From Sedimentisphaerales bacterium (GTDB lineage Bacteria; Planctomycetota; Phycisphaerae; Sedimentisphaerales; SM23-30): a DNA stretch of 64,000 bases. A program made the translations under genes and the position numbers. The stretch is taken from the NCBI GenBank assembly GCA_963663965.2, contig CAXXFK010000015.1:235415-299414 (forward strand). Direction: 5' to 3'. Each line of letters begins with the position of its first letter. Within the stretch, counting starts at the first letter, position 1. This document shows positions 17,016 to 25,247 of the stretch, one piece after another. The notes under the pieces are model-generated. The model had not been told where the DNA came from and did not search any database. It saw nothing but the letters and a program-made list of their open reading frames with translations.

Positions 17016-18711
17016 CCCACACCCCCGAGTCTGCCGAAGCTTGCCAGTAGGAAGCGTTGTCAACCCCACAATCAAGACGAACAGACATTTTGTATGATCT
17101 AAAGCCCGTTTTTCGTAACATGCGAGTGACATCTGAGCGATTCGCAGAGTGGTTCCCAAAAAAGTTGTGAATAAATTTGAGAAAGCTTGAATAGTGGATA
17201 TAAATTGTACCGTTGTGAATAAACGGCTCTCTCTGTTTAAAATAATCGTGCCAGTCATTGCCATTGTAAACAGGCTTTTGGATCAGAAATGTCCTGATAT
17301 AGTCAACTGCTATGTTATACTCTAGACTGTCATTGTCTTCGATTTCCTCTGCGATAGAGAGCAGGAGGCCAACACATTTTTTCCATTGGGCCGGTTTCAT
17401 GGCCGGGACCGGATCGGCAAGCATAGCGTCCATGATCTTTGTCCGAAAAACATTGGCCTGCACCATTGAGGTCGAGTTCCCGATTGTGACTTCTACCTCC
17501 TGCCCATCCAACTCAAGGACCACCGAGTATTGAGTCTTCTCCCGCCCCTGACATAATACTTTGACCAATGGAATCTTGAGGACATTACGAAGCATCTCAA
17601 GCTTCTGCTCTTTGGTCTGGTCTTTGAGCGTTTCAGAGTGATCAGGTTTTGGGATACCAATTTTTGTCCGCTGTTTGTCTGTGAACAGATCGGGCCCCAT
17701 TACTGACCCAAGCTTTGCTTTGTGGATCGTCCGGGCAATGTAGTCGTCCCGATCAGTAACTTTAGATAAGTCATGCCCATGCTTTTTTCGGAAAGCATAA
17801 ATCAGCCCGGCAATCTCAGAGTCAGGCCAGTCTAATTGAACCAAGATGTTACAGAGGGCCATATCGTAGGAAGAAGGCGATTGATCAGGCATATCCAGCC
17901 GCTTTTTGTCCCAAGTGCGAGCAAACGACTCGACATTCTCTTTGAGTAACATGAATTTATCGGGGTCAAACTGACCAACTTCGCAAGGGGTCAGTTCCAC
18001 AGGCTGAGAAGAGCTTTCATTGCCTCCTGTAGCTGTTGTTTTAGTTATCTTGAATAGATCATTCAAGGCATACCGGGGCACGTCCCGGCCTTCCCAGTTG
18101 TGAGGGTAATAAATTTTGACCTGTTTTGGATTGTCAGTGTCTTTATTGTTATAAGTCCCAGGAACTCTCAATACTCTGGCAAAATCGTGTGTGGTGTCGA
18201 GATCATAGCCCGAGGCCCGGAATACCGCCCTGAGCTTAGCCTGCCAACTCTTGACGGCGTTCATACCAACGGCCCTGTCGTCGTCATCCGTGAATATCCA
18301 AGGCTCTTCTAATAGCCAGTAGGCGTGCCATCCGTTGCCCGAGTCAACAACGATTGAGGGCATGAATGGGAATTTCTTGATCAGTTCAACCGCTGTCTTT
18401 TCGTCGGGCGGGACGTTTTTCTTATGATTTGGCCCGAAGTCTATATCGGCCCACAGACACGTTATTCCCGCTACTTCTGTTGACTTGGCTCTGGTAGTTG
18501 GCGCTAGAGGTTCTGTGGTCAGACCAAGGCCAAAGTAGAGGTCCACATCAGATTTGTACTTTGTTACGTCAACTTCCTGACCGGCCTGAAAACTGTGTGA
18601 GTGCTTCGGTGGATTGGCCCAGAGATAATAATAAAGGTTCTCTGGGACACCCTTAAATATCTGACTGAGGAACTGGTTCGCTAATTGGTTGTCTGGTGAT
18701 ATGATTTTCAT
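17005..18711 (-). CDS. RepB-like primase (AEP) with helical C-terminal domain
   Basis: LWADID, PSIVVDSGNGWHAYW, D..RVLRVPGTYN; DQSPSSYD motif. Confidence 0.85.
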   Translation of the reverse strand: MKIISPDNQLANQFLSQIFKGVPENLYYYLWANPPKHSHSFQAGQEVDVTKYKSDVDLYFGLGLTTEPLAPTTRAKSTEVAGITCLWADIDFGPNHKKNVPPDEKTAVELIKKFPFMPSIVVDSGNGWHAYWLLEEPWIFTDDDDRAVGMNAVKSWQAKLRAVFRASGYDLDTTHDFARVLRVPGTYNNKDTDNPKQVKIYYPHNWEGRDVPRYALNDLFKITKTTATGGNESSSQPVELTPCEVGQFDPDKFMLLKENVESFARTWDKKRLDMPDQSPSSYDMALCNILVQLDWPDSEIAGLIYAFRKKHGHDLSKVTDRDDYIARTIHKAKLGSVMGPDLFTDKQRTKIGIPKPDHSETLKDQTKEQKLEMLRNVLKIPLVKVLCQGREKTQYSVVLELDGQEVEVTIGNSTSMVQANVFRTKIMDAMLADPVPAMKPAQWKKCVGLLLSIAEEIEDNDSLEYNIAVDYIRTFLIQKPVYNGNDWHDYFKQREPFIHNGTIYIHYSSFLKFIHNFFGNHSANRSDVTRMLRKTGFRSYKMSVRLDCGVDNASYWQASADSGVWDGI

Positions 18712-18907
18712 TTCGTTGCCACTCCATGGCTGTGCCGAGTCCTAGACATACCGGGCATTGTTGCCGGGCCGGGTCGCCCCCCAGAAATGTCATTACCTCG
18801 TCACTGCTGTCCATATTGTTCAAAGTCCCCCGGCCTGAGCAGACGGGGCACTGAATTTTTACAAGGTCAACGCCTTGTTTTTTTAGTCTTGGATCGATTT
18901 TGAGCAT
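18653..18907 (-). CDS. Small protein with two CxxCxGxG zinc-finger repeats
   Basis: CPVCSGRG and CPVCLGLG. Confidence 0.6.
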   Translation of the reverse strand: MLKIDPRLKKQGVDLVKIQCPVCSGRGTLNNMDSSDEVMTFLGGDPARQQCPVCLGLGTAMEWQRNENHITRQPISEPVPQSDI

Positions 18908-18972
18908 AATTTCAATAAGCTGTGTGGGGCACTAAACAATCCCCACACAACCAACAACGTAATTAGGAGATA

Positions 18973-19710
18973 TTATTCAGAGGGAGAGGGAGTGGCGGCC
19001 TTCATACCGAGGGCCACAGACATTTGGTCAAAGAATTCTTTCGAGCCATCTTCAAGGACAGCTTGGATGTTCGGATTGACCACAGAATACTTGATACCGT
19101 CTTTGTTTTGCTCAGTGACCAGAGTGAACGAGGTTAGGACGTGACTGAATTTCAGTCGTCTCATGGTCAACCGCATGGCGTATTTTTTCCATGCGCCGAG
19201 AGAGGTTGGGGGCAATGTAATCACGATGGGGAGACAGTCTTCTTTACGATAGACCATCAAAGCCTTCATTTGTTTACAGGCTTGTCCCCGGCCAGCCCCG
19301 CCCTTGTCCGATCCGAACTGGGCAAGTTGACATTCGGCACAACAGCCGCCCGGTGATCCGTGGCCAAATACGCCATCTTCTGATGAGCAGGCAGGAGGCT
19401 CTCCACCCGTTTCTTCAAAGGGCCGTTCCCAGTAACCCCGGCCATTTCGTTGAGCAATGACCACACCCGTGATCTCTTTAACGGAATCTTCAGAACCGTC
19501 AGGCATAATCACTTCCCACGATTTACCACCGCCAGCAGGAACAGAGATTCGCTCCAAGTCCCGGACAGTAAGTTTATCGGCTCCGAGGTTGTCAGCGATA
19601 AGCTCCCGGAGTTGAGTTATATCGCCCCCGGCAAACTGGGTAATAGCGAAGTCGTTGTGACTGATTACCGCCAAGGCGGTCGATGCAGGCTCATCTTTTT
19701 TGGCTGTCAT
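18973..19710 (-). CDS. Phage replication-module protein, possibly SSB-like
   Basis: PPACSSEDG...CAECQL.QFGS...GQACK...TLPPTSL; lies between primase and SNF2 helicase. Confidence 0.6.
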   Translation of the reverse strand: MTAKKDEPASTALAVISHNDFAITQFAGGDITQLRELIADNLGADKLTVRDLERISVPAGGGKSWEVIMPDGSEDSVKEITGVVIAQRNGRGYWERPFEETGGEPPACSSEDGVFGHGSPGGCCAECQLAQFGSDKGGAGRGQACKQMKALMVYRKEDCLPIVITLPPTSLGAWKKYAMRLTMRRLKFSHVLTSFTLVTEQNKDGIKYSVVNPNIQAVLEDGSKEFFDQMSVALGMKAATPSPSE

Positions 19711-19736
19711 AGATTTTACTCCTGAAAAAAGTGGTG

Positions 19737-20135
19737 TTATTTTTTAACTTTGACCTTAATGGTCTCAGATACTTTTACGAGTGCTTTCAGTTCGTCAGGC
19801 AGGTCCGGGAGACCCTGTTCGTCGGGCGGGTATTCCCGCACCATGGCCGAGAGCCGCTGGCTGGCAATGCTGGTTGTGATCAGATCGTCAAAGCCGTTCT
19901 CCCTGAGATATTCACAGAGAGGCTCCTGACCCTGACTGGGCGATGCCCAGATTTGCCGGTTGAGATAAATGGTCCGGTCATCGACTTTGATGTTCTGAAT
20001 ACCAGCCTCAATCATTTGGTCCTGAATATAGGGCTCAAGCTCAGACATCTCATACTTAATAGCGTCGATGTTTGCGTCAATCTCGGCTTTTTGTTTAACG
20101 AGCTCGACGTACCGTTTGAATTTGGTCATGTCCAT
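19737..20135 (-). CDS. Phage coiled-coil protein (gp33-like)
   Basis: N-terminal coiled coil; replication-module context. Confidence 0.55.
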   Translation of the reverse strand: MDMTKFKRYVELVKQKAEIDANIDAIKYEMSELEPYIQDQMIEAGIQNIKVDDRTIYLNRQIWASPSQGQEPLCEYLRENGFDDLITTSIASQRLSAMVREYPPDEQGLPDLPDELKALVKVSETIKVKVKK

Positions 20136-21790
20136 TAGTCACCTTCTTTCTTTTTATACATTTCTAGTACCGATTCAACGATCTTCTTTTTGGACATAAG
20201 AGATCGATATACTTTTGCGTCCACTGTGCCTTGTGCTATTAAATGCAGGAAGGTCACAGACTTGTTTTGTCCCGGTCGATGTAATCTGGCCCGTGATTGT
20301 TCGTATTCACCCAGACTCCATCCTGTGGAGTAATACACGCAATAACAAGCACGGGTGAGGTCGATACCGACCCCACCGGCTTGTATCTGAACAGCCAGCA
20401 CATCGCCCGGTTTTGCTGAGTTTTGCCAACGGTCTAATTCGTTAATTGTCCCCGATAGTTCCATACAGGTCCGTCCTGACTGGCAGGCCGCTTGGGCAGT
20501 GACAGACAGATCATTTCTGAAGCGACAGAAAACAACGATTGGCTCACTGCTGTCAATCGATTCAAAAATGTCTAAGAGTTCCCGATACTTGGCCGTGCTG
20601 ACCGTGTGTGTTTCGTCGGTGTGTTCGTCCGGGTCAGGGAGAAAGCCCGAAGTGATTTGCTGAAGCCTGAGCATTCGACTCAGAGCGTTGTTTGCCACAA
20701 GTTTGCCTGAGCCGACATCGGCTATGAATTCTTTCTCAAGTGTCTTGTAAAGTTTTGTGGCCGATGGCTCTAGCTCAATGTCACGGAGTTCATCTGTGTA
20801 GGGTGGAAGGTCGAGAACATCGCTCTTGTGGACCTTCAGGGCTATCGAGTTAAACTTATCCTGCAACTCTGGTATATTCTGGTATCCAAGAATTTGTTTG
20901 CCTCCATAGCCGCCCATTTGAGCGTATCGAGCCCGGAACATGGTGAACGAAGTCCCGTAAATAGAAGGATCAAGAAACCTGTACTGACCATAAACATCAA
21001 GCGGACTGTGGGGCATGGGTGTCCCTGTCAGCCCGACTCGTTTTTTGGCGTTCACTTTTCGTCCGAAAAATTTGCTGGTGATGCCAGAATGAGATTTGAT
21101 TTTGTGGATTTCATCACAGACAACTATGTCCCAATCTGTCTTCTCAACTACCTCGCCGACTTTGCCCTGATAGACCCCATCATAGTTGACCACAAAAACA
21201 AGAGGCGGGACTGTAGGCTGATGAAACTTAATCATTCGTTCCATTAGATCGCCCCGCTTCTTCAAGGGCCCCTCACCCAGTGTGACAATGATGAAAGGCC
21301 AGTAACCGTGCTTCTCGAATTCTTTCTTCCAGTTAGGGACCACAGACTTTGGGGCAATGATCAGGGCCAGCCTGAATGGCCAGTTATTCAAAGCGTCAAT
21401 CGTTGTTTTTGTTTTCCCCGTACCCATATCGTAAGCCAGCATTGTCGCATCTTGATTAATGATCGCATGAGTGCCCCGAAGCTGGTGATTCCAAGGCTTC
21501 ATGCGTGTGGTTGCCAGTGGCGGTAGTTCGACAGCTGGACAGTATTTGAATTTCTCGGCCCGTTCAAACCGCTCAACCGTCTGGACGAATTCATGGATTA
21601 TTTCTGGCCTGTCACAAGCCGCCCGCAATTCCGGGTTAGACATAATGTCATGGATCACTCTGGCTGTCTTTGGGTACTCCCAATGTTTTTTTGATTTGTT
21701 CCAGCTTGCGCCGGGAATAGCTTTTAATACGTCCTTGTATATATAAGGAGTTTTAATAGCTATTTTATCTGTTACTTCCACAGCAATCAC
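20135..21790 (-). CDS. SNF2-family helicase
   Basis: DMGTGKT, DEIHKIK, LTGTP, GGVGIDL, QSRARLHRPGQ. Confidence 0.9.
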   Translation of the reverse strand: MIAVEVTDKIAIKTPYIYKDVLKAIPGASWNKSKKHWEYPKTARVIHDIMSNPELRAACDRPEIIHEFVQTVERFERAEKFKYCPAVELPPLATTRMKPWNHQLRGTHAIINQDATMLAYDMGTGKTKTTIDALNNWPFRLALIIAPKSVVPNWKKEFEKHGYWPFIIVTLGEGPLKKRGDLMERMIKFHQPTVPPLVFVVNYDGVYQGKVGEVVEKTDWDIVVCDEIHKIKSHSGITSKFFGRKVNAKKRVGLTGTPMPHSPLDVYGQYRFLDPSIYGTSFTMFRARYAQMGGYGGKQILGYQNIPELQDKFNSIALKVHKSDVLDLPPYTDELRDIELEPSATKLYKTLEKEFIADVGSGKLVANNALSRMLRLQQITSGFLPDPDEHTDETHTVSTAKYRELLDIFESIDSSEPIVVFCRFRNDLSVTAQAACQSGRTCMELSGTINELDRWQNSAKPGDVLAVQIQAGGVGIDLTRACYCVYYSTGWSLGEYEQSRARLHRPGQNKSVTFLHLIAQGTVDAKVYRSLMSKKKIVESVLEMYKKKEGD

Positions 21791-21827
21791 AGGCCAAGCC
21801 TTTCAATTGAGATCAGATTTAAGTTAA

Positions 21828-21973
21828 GGAGCATGGCCGGGATTTGAACCCGGCTCGGCGTTGGTGTTGGAGAACAGTCTTACGAGTATTGAGATAGTCA
21901 GTCTTTTTAGATGTGGTGTGTGAAGACACCATCGCCTTCCAGCCGTTTGAGCGTCCATTCTCAAACCATGCCC
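21828..21973 (-). ncRNA. tRNA-shaped 146-nt RNA with a large insert in place of the anticodon/variable arms
   Basis: Acceptor GGGCATGG/CCATGCTC, D-arm TGAG-AATGGACG-CTCA, T-arm CCGGG-TTCAAAT-CCCGG, internal stem GGCGATGGTGT/ACACCAACGCC. Confidence 0.65.
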
Positions 21974-21995
21974 GTATTTTTTTTTAAAGAACTAA

Positions 21996-22068
21996 TAGCG
22001 GAGCCGGGACTTGAACCCGGAGTCGGGGAGCATGAATCCCCGGTGTTAGCCAATTACACTACTCCGCA
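21996..22068 (-). tRNA. tRNA-Met(CAT), atypical
   Basis: Full cloverleaf; anticodon arm GGGGA-TTCATGC-TCCCC; T-loop TTCAAGT; U1:U72 mismatch; CCA not encoded. Confidence 0.85.
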
Positions 22069-22240
22069 GTATTTTCCCGGATGTCGCCGGGTTCGCTTGC
22101 CACTTGGTGTCTCAGGCAGGCAACGCCTGTTTTTTTGCTCGGCCTCCAAGGTTTTCGGTCGCAGACAGACGCTGCGTCTAGCTCACATCTGCCCCCCTGA
22201 GTCAGCAGGAGGCCAATTGACTCACTTCGTGGTATTCCAA

Positions 22241-22313
22241 AGCCACCCGCAGGAGTCGAACCCGCAACATTCTGAGTACAAAACAGATGCTCTCCCAGTT
22301 GAGCTAGGGCGGC
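22241..22313 (-). tRNA. tRNA-Thr(TGT)
   Basis: Acceptor GCCGCCC/GGGTGGC; anticodon arm TCTGT-TTTGTAC-TCAGA; T-loop TTCGACT. Confidence 0.9.
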
Positions 22314-22328
22314 TAATATTCACTTGTC

Positions 22329-22368
22329 AAAAAGTGTGCGGATCGGCTCGGTCAGACCGATCCGCACG
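22329..22368 (-). terminator. Intrinsic terminator after the xis-like gene
   Basis: 11-bp stem GTGCGGATCGG/CCGATCCGCAC followed by a T-run on the minus strand. Confidence 0.65.
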
Positions 22369-22382
22369 AAAAAAAAGAGGGT

Positions 22383-22655
22383 TCATGGAGTGCTTGCGTT
22401 AATTTCAGTCTGATACTCTCCCCCGATCCCGCTGGGGCCCACAGAGACTAAGGGAATTTCTCGGGTTACAGACTGTTTGATTAGTTTTTCAACAGACGAC
22501 TCGGTAACACGTTTTTGCGTTCGTGGAGTATTGGTCAGTGCGACTATTTTTAAGCCCTGCGCTTTTAGTTCTGGTAGCCATTTGTAAAAAGTGCTCAGGG
22601 CCATTCCCAGCCTTCGTGCCGCTTCTTTGATCGTGATAAGTGTTTCGGTTTTCAT
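22383..22655 (-). CDS. Excisionase-like HTH protein
   Basis: LITIKEAARRLGMALSTFYKW. Confidence 0.75.
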   Translation of the reverse strand: MKTETLITIKEAARRLGMALSTFYKWLPELKAQGLKIVALTNTPRTQKRVTESSVEKLIKQSVTREIPLVSVGPSGIGGEYQTEINASTP

Positions 22656-22806
22656 TTCATCTGTCCTTCTCTATGGTTTTCCATGGGCTTCTTTTTTATA
22701 GCCCCTCATAATAATGGGAAAATTATTCACGACACCGGACGAAATGGGCTGTTTTTCATGCATATAGGCCGTTTCTGGCTTAAAAATGAGGTTTTTGCCA
22801 TGCATA

Positions 22807-23163
22807 CTAGTCATCAAAAAAGTCGTCGTCGTAAGTTTCCGACTCTTGATTGTGGATTATTGATTCTCTAGCTTTTCGTTCCTGATCCGACAACTGCTGT
22901 AGCAGGAATGGGGTAGTCTGACCGATTATTCGTGATACCTGTGACTGGGAGATGCTGAATTGGGCGGCCAGATCGCCCTGTGAGGCCCCCATGAGTGACT
23001 GGGTGGTGATTTTCATCGCCCGACTGTCCGGAGCTTCAGAGAAAGCTTTCTCCATCGCCTCAAGCTCTTTATCTTCTGCTTCATACCGGGCAAGCATGGC
23101 CTCCCGCTCTTGAGCTAATTTTTTTCGTCGGGCCTTGACTACGGACAAGAAGTCTGCTATCAT
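22807..23163 (-). CDS. Coiled-coil + HTH protein, possible repressor
   Basis: GASQGDLAAQFSISQSQVSRII. Confidence 0.65.
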   Translation of the reverse strand: MIADFLSVVKARRKKLAQEREAMLARYEAEDKELEAMEKAFSEAPDSRAMKITTQSLMGASQGDLAAQFSISQSQVSRIIGQTTPFLLQQLSDQERKARESIIHNQESETYDDDFFDD

Positions 23164-23228
23164 TATTCAAGTCCCCCTGTGGATGGAGGTCTTGAGTAGT
23201 CTATAATCATAAAAATAGCCGTAACCAT
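23163..23228 (-). CDS. 21-aa leader ORF coupled to the HTH gene
   Basis: MVTAIFMIIDYSRPPSTGGLE; RBS GGGAGAC; TAATG overlap. Confidence 0.4.
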   Translation of the reverse strand: MVTAIFMIIDYSRPPSTGGLE

Positions 23229-23270
23229 GGTGTCTCCCATGTGGTGTGTGAGTCTATGACCGTTACGGAA

Positions 23271-23307
23271 AGGGCCTAGTGTTCTCAGCACTGGGCCTAT
23301 TTTTTTT
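23271..23307 (+). terminator. Plus-strand (antisense) intrinsic terminator
   Basis: GGGCCTAGTG-loop-CACTGGGCCT followed by ATTTTTTTT. Confidence 0.6.
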
Positions 23308-23414
23308 ATATAACAATCAAATAATGACCTAAGAACTATATTGCTAATTGATTATGGCGGCAGGTGCACAACATTTTCCTTTGCAATTAAGATTAAACTT
23401 TTCTCTAAATGCAA

Positions 23415-23503
23415 ATGGGACACAGGCTGCCCCATCGTGCGACACCCACAAGAAGTCCCAAGCGGTACACCCTATGGACACAATGGGGCAACTTGTGCCC
23501 CAT
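23415..23503. promoter_or_regulatory. Two operator-like palindromes ATGGGRCA-N5-TGCCCCAT
   Basis: 23415-23435 and 23483-23503. Confidence 0.6.
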
Positions 23504-23562
23504 GAGTCGGGTGTACGAATGTGAAATACTCAAAATTTTGGAACTTGTAGGTGTCATAGGAA

Positions 23563-23591
23563 ATAGTAAATAAACAGGGATAAACTGTCAA
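23563..23591 (-). promoter_or_regulatory. sigma70 promoter for the prophage early operon
   Basis: TTGACA-17-TACTAT. Confidence 0.65.
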
Positions 23592-23716
23592 GGACTTTTA
23601 ATCTTTGGGGATCGCCATTGCACTAGCGAGGGACCGATTAACATAATAGTTGATCGTACCCTAACAAACACCGAACATCAAGGCAAAAAGCAAAAAAATT
23701 CGGTGATTTTTTGTGG

Positions 23717-24913
23717 TTATCCAATCTTTTCAGCTAACCGTTTTGCCAGTGCTAAATTGCGCTCGGCATAAATCTCTGTCACATCGGCACTTGAATGCCC
23801 AAGCATGACTTGGGCGGCCTCTAGGCCCATTTCGGCCCGTGCCAGTGTTGCGGCTGTGTGCCTGAGGTTATGGGGTGAGAAGTCGGGGATAGGTGGTCTG
23901 TTTTCTTTTTCAGCGGCTTTCTGAGCCCTTCTAAGTGCTCTCTGAACGGCTCTGCCATACGTCCCGGTCGTGTAATGGTCTGTCAATTCTATCGGTAAGC
24001 GGCCTTGATTATTGGCCATGCCTTCTTCTGGCTTAAAGCAATAGTCATCCACCTTAAAGAGATATTTCTTTAAAACGACTTGAGCTTTGGGCCCAATGGG
24101 GATGATTCGTTTTTTGCCCAGATGCTTTGTCTTGTGGGTTGGCGGTTCGTACTCCCAGACGTGGCCAGCCATTTTTATATAACACGGCTTGAGCAGGACC
24201 AACTCGCCTGACCGCATACCCGTGAGCATTTGGATTCTCATCATGTCAGCGATGATTGGGGAAGCGTGGTCAGCTACCAGATTGACAAAGTATTGAGAGA
24301 CCGACGTAACGGGTTCGTGGTCCACAGCTTTTGACCGCCCCTGCTTCAGTCCGATCAGGCAGCGGAGAGATTCATAAACATGGACCGGGGCCAGTTCTTC
24401 ATTGACTGCCCATAGGAACATTCGGCGAATAATATTGATTCTCTGATTGATCACCTTTCTACAAAGCCGGGGCCTAGGCTCTCCATTTCTCTCTACAGTC
24501 ATTTCGGTCATGGATTCCCGAAGCTCTTTGAGTGTGCGAAGCGAAAAGTCTTCCACCAGCATCGTCGGGCAAAATTCTGTCAGATGTCTCACTGCTATTT
24601 CTATATTCGCAGGTTCTTTTGAATTTTTGTAATATTCCTTGGCGAAGCTATTATAGCGAGCCACAAGGTCAGAAATTGTCCCGTTATACGAAGAGTCCGG
24701 GTCTGACTTTCTTATGGCTTCCTGCCAAATATACTCCGCTACTTTTACTGCCACAGCATAGTCTTTGGTTGCGAACTGAGCCCCTACGGGGATTAGTGGG
24801 TAGCTTTGGCGTTTGTCTGAGTTGGGCAATTTCACTTTCCAATGATACCGGCCATTACGTTCATAAATGGTTCCGGGCAGGTCTTTTGAGTTCAACATCT
24901 TCTTCATAGTCAT
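23717..24913 (-). CDS. Tyrosine integrase
   Basis: TGMRSGE, HKTK, HNLRH, LGHS, TEIY: catalytic R-K-H-R-H-Y set intact. Confidence 0.95.
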   Translation of the reverse strand: MTMKKMLNSKDLPGTIYERNGRYHWKVKLPNSDKRQSYPLIPVGAQFATKDYAVAVKVAEYIWQEAIRKSDPDSSYNGTISDLVARYNSFAKEYYKNSKEPANIEIAVRHLTEFCPTMLVEDFSLRTLKELRESMTEMTVERNGEPRPRLCRKVINQRINIIRRMFLWAVNEELAPVHVYESLRCLIGLKQGRSKAVDHEPVTSVSQYFVNLVADHASPIIADMMRIQMLTGMRSGELVLLKPCYIKMAGHVWEYEPPTHKTKHLGKKRIIPIGPKAQVVLKKYLFKVDDYCFKPEEGMANNQGRLPIELTDHYTTGTYGRAVQRALRRAQKAAEKENRPPIPDFSPHNLRHTAATLARAEMGLEAAQVMLGHSSADVTEIYAERNLALAKRLAEKIG

Positions 24914-24958
24914 TTTTCTTGCTCCTGTTTGGATCGGTACTTCATAGTTTAAGGTAAA

Positions 24959-24991
24959 GTGTCACAATTTCAACCTCCATGTGTCACAATT
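24959..24991. repeat. Putative integrase arm-type sites
   Basis: GTGTCACAATT direct repeat at 24959 and 24981, between the integrase and the tRNA. Confidence 0.6.
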
Positions 24992-25020
24992 CTAAAATAC
25001 TAGAATAATAGACCAAAAGA

Positions 25021-25053
25021 AAACCTCCGTAAGTTTTTGTTCTACGGAGGTTT
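25021..25053. terminator. Hairpin downstream of tRNA-Gly
   Basis: AAACCTCCGTA...TACGGAGGTTT. Confidence 0.6.
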
Positions 25054-25060
25054 ATGGATT

Positions 25061-25132
<72 letters not shown>

Positions 25133-25247
25133 AACTAATTTGTCAATAAGCTGTTAACAAAGCAGGACCATGCCTGCACGGAGTATTATAGGTGAATCTT
25201 TGCAAATGTAAACAAAAAAACACTTGCAGAGAAATCAAGGGCGCGTA

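Larger units (their letters stand above)
1..25060 (-). mobile_element. Prophage, left arm; continues beyond window start
   Basis: Co-oriented integrase, replication, terminase and portal genes, bounded by tRNA-Gly; metabolic host genes begin directly after. Confidence 0.95.

Noticed and set aside
17016..17264. N-terminal extension of the UvrD ORF, and similar extensions at 27850, 35042, 38157 and 4656
   Set aside because: They overlap neighbouring genes or terminators; downstream ATGs fit the domain starts better.
21824..21958. 44-codon minus-strand ORF (MDAQTAGRRW...) across the tRNA-like RNA
   Set aside because: No RBS and no recognisable motif; the RNA structure explains the sequence better.
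21828..21973. tmRNA (ssrA) or group I intron-containing tRNA
   Set aside because: Only 146 nt; no G3:U70 alanine determinant or clear tag frame; insert far too short for a group I intron.
22069..22240. Definite theta/HDV, pistol or hammerhead ribozyme call
   Set aside because: The required cores (HDV P3/L3, pistol P2 and AAUA linker, hammerhead CUGANGA) could not be matched; kept only as a hypothesis.
131..24909. Plus-strand ORFs inside the prophage (e.g. 5699-6358, 21911-22402, 22683-22871)
   Set aside because: Antisense shadows of well-supported minus-strand genes or tRNAs, or motif-less; none resembles a CI repressor.
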